Source: Eledone cirrhosa (Eukaryota). From it: DNA of 64,000 bases. The translations under genes were made by a program, and so were the position numbers. Positions within the stretch are counted from its first letter, which is position 1; each line of letters starts with the position of its first letter. The stretch lies in assembly GCA_964016885.1 (NCBI GenBank), contig CAXHJY010000255.1, forward strand, positions 1 through 64,000. Direction: 5' to 3'. The notes under the pieces are model-generated. The model did no database searches and was not told the DNA's origin. It worked only from the letters and a program-made list of their open reading frames with translations. Below are positions 52,900 through 64,000 of the stretch, piece by piece.

Positions 52900-53780
52900 G
52901 AGCAAATATTTATTAAAATAACAGATTAAAGTTTAAGCAAATAATCGCTGCCATCACTTTGCCACTTCTTAGGGCTATCAATTTCACTAAAACGCTCACG
53001 GTAATTAAGGATTTCGAAGTTGATGTCATCCTCAATGCCCGTAAGTCGGTGATTAATTTTGACAAATCTATTTGGATAAAATAATCTAATAGTACCCCAT
53101 TCAACGCGAGTATGGGCGCCAGTGATTTGGCGGAGGTTACAGACGGTATCGGCCTATTTCTACTCTTCTCTATCAAGGAGAAATTCCCTAATGTAGGCAG
53201 AGGCCTGTACCGCGATGATGGTCTTTTGACCATGACCAAGTGTGGTCCCCGCGCTTGCGACAGGTTTAGGAAAGAACTCACAGCTTTCTTTAATGGCTTC
53301 AACCTCTCCATACAAGGTGAGGCCAACCTTTCTGTTGTAAACTACCCCAACGTAACACTCAACTTGTCGAATGGCTTGCACTACCCGTATAGAAAGCCGA
53401 ATGATACGCTTAATTACATTAGTAAGCATTCTAACTTTTCAGCCAGCATAATCAAGTACCTGATAAGAAATGTTTCATTCCCATCTATCAACAATCAAGC
53501 ATATTTTCACCGATCATTCCACATATTACAATGAAGCTCCAGCTTGGAGTGGATTTGTTGATAAGCTAGAATATACCTTGGAAAAATAGATCCAGCTGCA
53601 TTATATGGTATAACCCACCATATAATAATGGAGGTGGCCACACCTTTAGCTAAAACCTTTCTCTCTCTAATTAAGAAACATTTCCCCTCAACACATAAAT
53701 ATAAAATTTTTAATAGAAACACTGTTAAAATCTCTTACTCCACAACTCCTAACTTTGCACATAACATCACTGCTTCAAAT
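52900..53780 (+). mobile_element. Second Penelope-like (Naiad-type) RT fragment
   Basis: MGASDLAEVTDGIG, GLYRDDGL, PYRKPND, YNPP, KHFP..KIFNRNTVKISYS. Confidence 0.85.
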
Positions 53781-53863
53781 TTGTATATATTATCATCATC
53801 ATCGTTATGTATATATATTTGTATATATCATCATCATCATTGTTATGTATATATATATATATG

Positions 53864-53895
<32 letters not shown>

Positions 53896-54004
53896 TTATC
53901 CACTCTCAAGTGTGAACCTAATACCAACACTGTTCGTAACTGCACCTCTTGTTATTGTTTTTGTTTTTTACTTTGCCAATATATACATATATATATATAT
54001 ATAT

Positions 54005-56069
54005 GATAACTGGAATTTCTTACATGACAACTTACTGCAGGCTACTGAAGAGACTTGTGGCTGGAGCAGAGCTCCAACCAGACAGAGAGTAACCTGGTGG
54101 TGGAACAGCACAGTAGATAAGGCCATTAGAGACAAAAGACTAGCATGGAAGGCTTGGATAAATGGAGGGAGTAGAGACAGATATACAGCCGCTAAGAGAG
54201 AAGCTAGACGTCAGGTGTACTTAGCACGCAGGGAGGCTGAGAGTAGGAGGTTTGCCAATGTTCTGTGACAGGAAGATCAGAGACGTGCGGTGTTCCACAT
54301 TGCAAGGCAGTGTGTCAGTGCAAATCAGGATGTTGTTGGAGATAAGTGTGTTCGGAATGATGCTGGTGTACTTACTGTCACTAACGAACAGAAAAAGGAG
54401 GCCTGGAAATGTCATTATGAGAGACTGATGAATGTTGAGAACGAATGGGAGAGAGAGAAATTACCCCCAGTAGATCCGACAGAGGGACCATCTATTGAGA
54501 TTGACGAATATAGGGTCCAAGAGGCAATGAAGGAAGAGGCAAATCGTAAGGCCGCTGGGCCGTTGGGGATAGTTGTTGAGATACTGAAGGCATCAGGAGA
54601 AGTAGACACTAAACTGGTTGCACGCATCATCACTCAAGCTATATATGGCAGAGTCATACCCAAAGACTGGTACAGCAGTATTCTCATAAATTGTTTCAAA
54701 GGTAAAGGGGATGCTCTGGAGAGGAGAAATTATAGGGGTATAAAACTGATGGATCAGGTTATGAAAGTGGCAGAGAAGAATATTAGCGCAATTAATTAGA
54801 AAAAGGGTCAAATTAGATGAGATGCAGTTTGGTTTTGTGTCTGGGAAAAGTACAACAATTACAAGAGAGGTTCTTAGAGAAGAATAAGCCACTATACTTA
54901 GCCTTTGTTGACCTAGAGAAGGCATTTGATAGGGCACACTGATCTGTTATCTGGTGGTCCCTAAGGAGTTTAGTGAGGAATTCCAGATACAAGTAGGAGT
55001 ACATCAGGGTTCGGTCCTCAGCCTGCGCTTGTTCATTATAGTCTTCCAAGCCATAACAGTGGAGTTTAAGACTGGCTGTCCATGGGAACTTCTCTATGCT
55101 GATGATCTGGTTCTTATAGCAGAATCAGTAGAGGAGTTAGAGAATAAATTCTGGCTATGGAAACAGCAGTTGGAATCAAGAGGACTGAGAGTGAACCTAG
55201 CTAAGACAAAAGTGTTGTTGAGTAGAAAAGAGGACAAAACTCTGATTCCATCAGGGAAATGACCATGTTCAATATGTAGAAAAGGAACTGGCATAAATTC
55301 TATAAAATGTACACAATGCAGATCCTGGGTACACAAGAGATGTAGCGGGATAGCAGGCAAACTAACAGGTAGGGAGAAATACGTATGCAGTAGATGTACA
55401 GGGAAATTTGACAGTAGAAGTCGCATTGATAGACACATTTTTCAAATGTAGGTGGCTGCTATAGAAGTGGTTGATAGCTTCCAGTACCTAGGTGATCAGA
55501 TTAGCATGGGAGGGAGGTGTTCCGAGGCCATAGTATCTAGAATAAGGATGGGTTGGAAGAAGTTTAGGGAGCTGCTTCCTCTGCTGATGAAGAAGGGTTT
55601 CTCCTTGCATACAAAAGGCCGGTTATATGATGCCTGTGTGAGGAGCGCGATGTTGCATGGTAGTGAGACATAGGCAGCAACTGCAGAGGATATGTGATGG
55701 CTGGAGAGAAATGAGGCAAGCATGCTCTGTTGGATGTGCAATGTCAATGTGCGTGAAAGACCCAGCATGAATGTGTTAAGAAAGAAACTGTGTATAAGAG
55801 GGATAAGTTGTAGTGTGCAGGAGAGAAGACTGAGATGGTTCGGGCATGTGATGCACATAGAGGATGACCGCTGGGTAAAAAAGTATCAACATATCCCAGT
55901 AGAAGGAAGACGCAGTAAAGGAAGACCAAGAAAAACATGGGCGGAGGTGGTGAGAGCAGAACTCAGATCACTGAAGCTTACAGAGGAGATGACGAAGAAC
56001 AAGTGAAGTGAATAGGACCCGTCCTAGCCTTGCAAGCAAGGAAAAGAGGACGTAAATTGATGATGATGA
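54005..56069 (+). mobile_element. RTE LINE (RT, PHD-like finger, 3' end), decayed
   Basis: NYRGIKL, VGVHQGSVLS, LLYADDLVL, HGSET, GRPRKTW; GAT tail. Confidence 0.9.
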
Positions 56070-56311
56070 TATATATATATTGGACTGTTGAAGTATACAG
56101 ACGTGTTTTTTTATTTCTCTCTACCAAAGTCAGTAGCAAGCTTCATAGCTTTAAAGCCTAACTGACCGTACATATATATTTGTATATTTGTAACCACGTG
56201 TTTTCCTACAAACTCGTAAGCACGTTTTTTTTAAACTACAGATTATTATATACACTCATTGTTCAACCAAATAACCAAATAACCAAAAACTCACATCCAT
56301 AAAGGAGAATA

Positions 56312-57000
56312 TACCTGTCCTTTGGATGGTTCAAGTAGCTTTCAATGTAGCTCATTAAACTAAACAAAGTAAATTTGAATACATAGAAGAAAAACGTACT
56401 TTATGTAAACATGAAAACCTTAGGCACTATTCCAGCGAAATAATTAATATGTGAGTTCAGTGTCATCCGTTATACCATGTAACAACAGAAATCCAGTCTA
56501 GGTATAAATGTTTTCGACAACAGTAAAAGCGCATCATGAAATAGAGAAGTGAAGTAAATAATAGACACTATTATGTACAGAGCATAATATTGTAAAAGTT
56601 ATGATATCACTTAATGTATGAACATCAAGCTTGAAACGATAAATTATACAATGTCAAATCTATCTGTTAGAAATTGCTGGTTGTGAAATATACAAAATGA
56701 TATTGTTAGTCTCAAGGAAGCGTACCTTTTGTTTCAAGTACAAAGAGTAAATAAAAATTCGAATGAGCCGAATTACGAAAGATAACTCTTGTCTTACTTA
56801 ATCACGAAAATTCACACAAATAACCAAAACTTTTTTAATGTCTCCAAAGGCCCCAATATGGATTTTTGAAAGCCTTTGTAGATCATGTACAGGTTTTGTG
56901 CAAGGAGAAGCTCTGTAAAAAATTTCAAAGAAATCGCATAAATGGTTTAGAATATATGAGCCCTCATTAAAAATTGTCCACACACATACAGAAAATTTTG
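56312..57000 (-). mobile_element. Copy of the 39004-39589 Helitron family
   Basis: Reverse-complement match over both ends, with a different middle. Confidence 0.65.
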
Positions 57001-57074
57001 TCTTCAGATAACCAAAGGCTCACTCACATAAGAAAGAGTATATATATATATAAAAAATTACAAAAAATAAAAAA

Positions 57075-60000
57075 CATGACTACTAACCAACAGGCCTACA
57101 GTGGACAAAATTGGTCTGATAATGAAATTGACCTCTTAATAAACACATGGTTTTCTCTGTCCCAAACAATAAACATTAACGCTTCGTGTCTGAATGAGAT
57201 TGCTGAAAAAACAGTGCAAACATTCACCACGAAGTAAAACAAGTAAAACAAGTCGAAGTCTCTTTCAAACTAATTCAAAACCATTTTGAAAAACTTCGAT
57301 ATATTTACTCCAATGGTCAAACACAACAAGAGCGAGAAAAACAAGAGCCACTACTAAATTACAGCATAATAGCTTATTTACTGAACAATAGTATCTCTTC
57401 ACCACTCTCTCACAGCAACCACCATAGTTATCATCATCATTGTCATTACCTCCACTGCCACCATCGTCTTCTGCCACATCAACTGCTGGTAGTGGACCAC
57501 TGCTTTCTCACAGCATCACCCCAGTTATCATCATCATCATCGTCATCATCACCACCGCTGCCACCATCGTCCTCTTCCACCTCAACAACTACTAATAATA
57601 ATAATAATAATCCGCTGCTTTCTTCTTCCCCCCACATCGCCACCACAGTCCTGCTGTAGGTAGTACAAAGAACCTTTAAAAAAAAATCTATGTAGCTGTA
57701 TGCGCCCCCCCCCCCCCACTACACAAACAAGAAACCTCAAAATATGCCGCTACTCACTACGTCAGAGGCTCTGCACACGTAGCGACTGCATCTTCACTCA
57801 TTTACCTGGCACTAGACGCACAAACACTACCAGCCAACACCAAAGCATACTTCTCATAATAACACCAACACCAACACCACCAAATAGTAAACTGAGAGAG
57901 AGACTATGTCTGCTGCGTGACTGTCCCTTCAGTCATCTTCCAGGGACCCAATGCACTAACAGAAAAAGGGGCTCCGAGCCCACACACAAACCACAATAAA
58001 ACCACACCCTGCTGCAGTAATGCTGGTCCAGTCTTTTCACAAAGACACAAATACAACAACAACAAAAGAGGGAACTACAACCCTATCCAACAGTGTAACC
58101 ACAATTCCAGTCAAAAGCTGCTCCCTAAACAGGAAAATTTTTCTTTTTTTTTTTCCTTTTCTTCTTTTTTAGCCATGTTGAACCTGGCAAAAGAGATACA
58201 GAAAAACCTTTTAGCCATCACCCAACACCATCCTATGATATTACCCCAGTGCACCAACCCCCCACATTGCTGTCACTAACACACAATCTCAAAACAAGCC
58301 CCTGCAACAGTCAAAACCAACCACTACATTAGCCTCCACATTTATACTCAATGCACAAGGTGCATTGATGCCTATCCATCAATGCACAGAAATGGAAGAT
58401 CCAATTCATTGAGGATTGGGTTGGTAACCATCCACCCCACATCCCTTTCTTCATTCTGACTGAAACCCACTTGGAGGCCGAAGTAAAAGTGAGGAATTTC
58501 ATAACCATCCACGCAGATCGTGTTGACAGAAGGAAGGGTGGAAATGCCATTTTCCTGCATGATTCCTTTACAGAAATGGAAATATCACATTTTCCAATGG
58601 CTACTGTGAATCAGTCACCATGTACAACAAAGCCAATGACCTGATATTAGTTGGGCTCTATAGGCCACCACAAACACCTATAATGCGCTTCAAAGAATGC
58701 CTCAACAGCATTAAGTTCTTTATTAAACAGTGCCATTCTAGCAACACACTTTTGATGGAAGACTTTAATCTACCCTGTGTTGGTTGGACTACAAACAGTT
58801 TGAAACCAGGCACTCCAACCTCAACCACTGACAAAGAAGCAGTCGAGTCACTTCTCCACGTTATGAATGAGTTTTTCTTGTCCCAACTTGTCCTTGCACC
58901 AACAAGGTATCTGAAGAACATTTACGACCTAGTGTTTAGTAACCACACTAACACTATCCATAATATTACAGTCGAAAAAACCCTTCTTTCATGGTTCTTT
59001 GTAACCTGAGATTCTATCAGCCAAAAGCTAATCCTAGTGACCTCTCTCCAGCCCACCCATTTGATAACATGGATCTCTATAATGCCAACTGGGATGCAAT
59101 CATGAACGAGCTATCACATGTTGACTGGTCTTTTACACACGCACTCATTTCCACCAACATAAAAACATCTTGGCAGATCTTTGTAGACACTGTCACAAAT
59201 ATATGTGCAAAACACACGCCACCAAAACCTGTGAACAAAACTAAGTGCAGTATCCCCCAAATCAAAAAAACTATTATCAGAAAAATAAAAAGAACAAACA
59301 AAAAAATTAACACACTAAAATACTGCCAACAGTAACACACACATTCAATGGCTATCACCCTGCTTGAATCAAATAAATTATAACCTCCAACAATGCATGA
59401 AGACCATCATCAATAACCAAAGAACAGTTGAGAAGAAATGGGCAATTGAGAAAATCAAACTCAACCCCAAATTGTTCTTTTCATTTGCGAAAAAACACAA
59501 GGTCACTGTCTCCACTGTTGGCTCTCTAATTGATGAAAATGGCACACTCCAAGATAATACCAAAACCATGGGTGAGATACTGCAAAAAAACAATACTGCT
59601 GTTTTCAGCAATCCTGATATGACCGATCTGGGCCGTATCAGTGATGTTAATCCCCAACACACTATATCAGACATAACGTTTGGCACCTCTGATGTCTTAG
59701 CGGCAATAAACAAAATTAAACACAGTCAGCAGTAGGCCCCAATAGGTTCCCTGCTTTTGTCCTGAAGGTGTGTCGACACCAACTTGCATCTCCGCTTGCT
59801 AATCTGTGGAGGAACTCACTGGATACTGGCTATATTCCTGCAAACTTTCTGTCCCAGTCCATTGTCCCAGTTTTCAAAAAGGGAAACAAGTCCCTTGCAG
59901 TGAACTACCGTCCGATCTCACTCACCTCTCATATCATCAAGGTATTTGAGAGGGTGGTGAGATTACAAATAACCCACTTTCTCGAAAGCAACGGACTGCT

Positions 60001-61000
60001 GAACTCCAACCAGCATGGGTTCCGTAATGGAAGGGACTGCCTAACGCAGTTCCTGCATCACCAATGGATCATCAATGAGGTTGGTGACCGGACTTGCCTT
60101 CAGTTAGACCTACTGGCTGTTATCCAATGGGCAGAAAAAAACAATATGCTGTTGAACGAGGATAAATTCGAGTTAATCCACTTTGGAAAAGAGGATGCCC
60201 TGAAACTCCCATACTCTCTTCCTTCAGGTGAAACTCTCATGACATCCAGCAACATCACAGACTTGGGAGTAATTGTGGGCAACAACATAAGCTGGGCTAC
60301 TCATATAAACAGCAAAGTTGACATGGCCCGCAGAATGTGTTCCTAGATTCTCAGAACCTTCCACTCGAGAGATATCCACACTGTTATCCTTCTCTTCTCC
60401 ACATTTGCCTGACCCCACTTTGAATACTGTTGTCCACTGTGGTCTCCCCACACAAAACAAACTATCATGAAAGTTGAAGCACCTCAAAGGTCAATTACAA
60501 AAGAGATAGATGGCATGACTTCACTATTGGAGTCGATTAGAAAAACTCAACCTTTATTCTCTCCAACATCGCAGTGAGCGCTACATTATCTGCACGATGT
60601 GGAAGATATTCCATCAGTATTGCCCAAATGATGTTGGCATCACCTTTAAGTTACACCCAAGGCTTGGGCCCCGTGCTATCCACCCACAACAAAAATCTCA
60701 ATTGCATCTCATAACAACAATACGGCACAATTATTTCACCTCAATTGGCCCGGCTCTCTTTAACATTACACCAAAACACATCAAAACGGAAATAGACCCC
60801 GTCAAGTTCAAGAATTCTTTGGACAAATTCCTTCAAGAAATCTCGGAAAAAACTCCTACACCCGGCTATGTCACTGCAAACAATAACTCCTTTCTTGAGT
60901 GGGCCATGGTGCCCAAACCCTGATATGAAAGACTCCACCAGGTAGTGCTATTAAGTTAGACATGGCCTGGGCCAATACTGACCGAAAGCTATCAAAGTTA
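57075..61000 (+). mobile_element. CR1/L2-group LINE: ORF1 remnants, APE endonuclease, internally deleted RT
   Basis: ILTETHL, VGLYRPP, DFNLP, NYRPISLTS, NQHGFR, PHFEYCCPLWSP motifs; RT core missing; ends before (TA)n. Confidence 0.85.
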
Positions 61001-61097
61001 TATATTATATATATATAATATATATAATATATATATATATAATATATATATTATATAATATATATATTATATATATATATATATTATATATATATAT

Positions 61098-61372
61098 TTC
61101 CTAGGATAGTGGAAAACTTGAACTGTTAAGGTATTTTTCTTGGTTATGTCAAAATTTATTAAACACACTTCCTATTTTATCTGATGAAAGCGTACCAAAG
61201 TTTTGGTACCCTTGAAATATATATAATAGAATAAATATGGTTTTATAAATATAGTTTCCATTTATTTAATATCATTGAATATTATACTCCAGAAAACTTG
61301 TCGAGTGCTCTGAATCAGTTATAAACATTTATATTTGTTGAATTACCAACAAATTGAATATCCCTTATGCTT
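61098..61372 (+). mobile_element. Penelope-like terminal fragment (family A) in (TA)n
   Basis: Colinear with 44560-44810. Confidence 0.7.
61173..61233 (+). ncRNA. Minimal type I hammerhead ribozyme
   Basis: UAUUUUAU-CUGAUGA-AAG(C)GUACCAAA-GU-UUUGGUAC(C)CUU-GAAA-UAUAUA-UA-AUAGAAUA; predicted cleavage after 61225. Confidence 0.8.
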
Positions 61373-61386
61373 ATATATATATATAT

Positions 61387-62116
61387 CATCATCATCATCA
61401 TTTTACGTCCGCTTTTCCCTGCTTGCAAGGGTGGGATGGGTCTTATTCAGCACAGCATCTCTCCACTCGTCACGGTCCCTCGTCATCTCCACCGTGAGCT
61501 TCAATGATCTGAGGTCTGTTCTCACCACCTCCGCCCATGTTTTTCGTGGTCTACCTCTACCACGTCTTCCTTCAACTGGCATTTCCTGGCACTTCTTCAC
61601 CCATCGGTCATCCTCCATGCGCATCACATGTCCATACCACCTCAGTCTCCTCTCCCGTACACTACATTCTATCCCTCTCAGACACAGTTTCTCTCTCAAC
61701 ACATTTATGCTGGGTCGTTCACGCACATTTACACTGCACATCCAATGGAGCATGCTTGCCTCATTTCTCTCCAGCCGTCGCATATCCTCTGCGGTTGCTG
61801 CCCATGTCTCACTACCATGCAGCATCGCGCTCCTCACACAGGCATCATACAACCGGCCTTTCGTACGCAGGGAGAAACCCTTCTTCGTCAACAGAGGAAG
61901 CAGCTCCCTAAACTTCTTCCAACCCGTCCTTATTCTAGATACTATGGCCTCGGAACACCCTCCTCCCATGCTAATCCGATCTCCTAGGTACCGGAAGCTA
62001 TCCACCACTTCTATAGTGCCCTCTCGCATTTGAAAAATGTGTCTATCAGTGCGACTTCTACTGTCTAATTTCCCTGTACATCTACTGCATACATATTTCT
62101 CCCTACCTGTTAGTTT
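61387..62116 (-). mobile_element. Young 5'-truncated RTE LINE
   Basis: Uninterrupted C-terminal ~240 aa; (GAT)n tail. Confidence 0.9.
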
Positions 62117-62127
62117 ATATATATATA

Positions 62128-62260
62128 TAGCCGTCGAAACAGCTTCAGCTCTGCCGTCAGGGTTAAACATTTTCCTCTTACTCACTCTACAACCCTAAGT
62201 ATTGAGTACTCTGGTGTGTTATGGTCCATCTGGTTCCTGACCACACTTCCTTCATTATAA
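62128..62260 (+). mobile_element. Penelope-like terminal fragment (family B)
   Basis: Begins TAGCCGTCGAAAC...GCCGTCAGGG (3' half of a hammerhead); homologous to 16585-16720. Confidence 0.55.
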
Positions 62261-62374
62261 TGTATATATATATATATATATATAGTAATAATAATAAATT
62301 TGAAGACTAAAATCCAAAGAGGGCTCAATAAGGACAAGTATATATCAGATATATAAGAACCGTAGAGCAAATAT

Positions 62375-62749
62375 AATGTGGTTGGTGTTAGGAAGGGCAT
62401 CCAGCCATAGAAAACCTGCCAGATAGTACGAGCGAGACACGGTGACCCGACCAACCTTGCCTCAAATTGGGACAACTCCCGTCTAACCCATAACGCATCT
62501 AATCCATGATAGCGTGGAAGAACAGACGTAAAACAGTGATGATGATGATGATGATATATAATTGTTTCTACTTTTGGCACAAGGCCAGCAAATACCCAGT
62601 GTATTACTGGTACTTTATTTTATCGACCCCTTAAGGATGAAAGGCAAAGTTAACCTCGGCGGGATTTGAACTCAGAATGGAAAGGGCCGTAACTCTATGC
62701 GTCTTAGCATGGCGTCCGACTCTCTACCGATACTGCCAATTCACCGCCC
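62375..62749. mobile_element. RTE-tailed SINE (+, ~62375-62555) and Meta-domain SINE (-, ~62558-62749)
   Basis: Family consensus matches. Confidence 0.75.
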
Positions 62750-62794
62750 TATAATATATAATGATGATGATGATGATGATATATAATGTGTATA

Positions 62795-63202
62795 TAGAGG
62801 ATATGCGACGGCTGGAGAGAAATGAGGCAAGCATGCTCCGTTGGATGTGCAGTGTAGATGTGCGTGAACGACCCAGCATAAATGTGTTGAGAGAGAAACT
62901 GTGTCTGAGAGGGATAGAATGTAGTGTACGGGAGAGGAGACTGAGGTGGTATGGACATGTGATGCGCATGGAGGATGACCGATGGGTGAAGAAGTGCCAG
63001 GAAATGCCAGTTGAAGGAAGACGTGGTAGAGGTAGACCACGAAAAACATGGGCGGAGGTGGTGAGAACAGACCTCAGATCATTGAAGCTCACGGTGGAGA
63101 TGACGAGGGACCGTGACGAGTGGAGAGATGCTGAGTAAGACCCGTTCCACCCTTGCAAGCAGGGAAAAGCGGACGTAAAATGATGATGATGATGATGATG
63201 AT
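62795..63202 (+). mobile_element. Young 5'-truncated RTE LINE
   Basis: Near-identical inverted partner of 61387-61790. Confidence 0.9.
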
Positions 63203-63214
63203 GTATATATAATT

Positions 63215-63915
63215 CAACCATGTTTTGCAACGTGAGGACCAGAAACAGGAGGTGTTCAAGATTGTGAGGTAGTGTGTCAGAGAGAATTGTGATGTCAATG
63301 GAGAGAAGTGTATCCGGAATGATAAAGGAAGGTGAGCTTGCCCTCACAAGTGCCGAGAAGAAAGATGCACGGAAAAGCCATTATGATAGATTACTAAATG
63401 AGGAGAATGCATGGGAAGAAGAGACCCTATAGAGGGGCCGGCAGTACAAGTCAGCAGCAGCGTAGTAAGTAAGGCAATCAAAGATATGAAGACGGGGAAG
63501 GCAACCGGTCCATCGGGTATAGCTGCCGAGATGCTGAAGGCATCTGGGTCTGTAGGTCACACTATAACCACACGTATTGTTAACCAGGTAATACTAGAAG
63601 GTGTCATACCAAACGATTGGTGCAGTAGCATCATTGTCAACTGCTACAAAGGTAAAGGTGATGTACTAGTTAGAGGAAACTATTGAGGTATAAAGCTGAT
63701 GGACCAGGTCATGAAAGTAACAGAAAGAATTACAGCACAGTTGATTAGGGACCGGGTGAAACTAGATGAGATGCAATTTGGGTTTGTACCAGGAAAAGGC
63801 ACCACTGATGCTCTCTTCCTCGTGAGACAGTTACAGGAAAAGTACCTAGCTAAAAGTAAGCCACTCTACCTGGCATTCGTCAATCTCGAGAAAGCCTTTG
63901 ACAGAGTTCCCCGGT
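63215..63915 (+). mobile_element. RTE LINE RT N-terminal fragment
   Basis: GKATGPSGI, QFGFVPGKGTTDA, LEKAFDRVPR. Confidence 0.85.
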
Positions 63916-64000
63916 CAAACGTTGAAAGTGAAATCTATACAGCAGATTCTAAGGATAGTGTATGAAAAGTCGAAAAATTGTTCTGGAGAAAATGGAGGAG

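Overview
AT-rich eukaryotic DNA made up almost entirely of repeats. It is probably from an octopod cephalopod, inferred from tRNA-derived CORE- and Meta-domain SINEs with RTE tails and dense (TA)n/(CA)n/(GAT)n tracts. The only host-gene piece recognised is a 52-nt minus-strand exon (14501-14552, QSYTLILEAWQSNSDIN), absent from the ORF track, matching the exon-3 equivalent of a Jagged/Serrate Notch ligand. The rest of the window would then be two very large introns. These hold decayed RTE, R4/Dong-like, CRE-like and CR1 LINEs, Penelope-like (Naiad-type) elements, non-autonomous Helitrons, Tc1/mariner and piggyBac relics, many SINEs, and five large minisatellite arrays, three of them inside TE sequence. 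A family of minimal type-I hammerhead ribozymes with covarying stem II sits in Penelope-type termini within (TA)n tracts. All family calls come from motif recognition by eye; TE boundaries are approximate unless termini are quoted.
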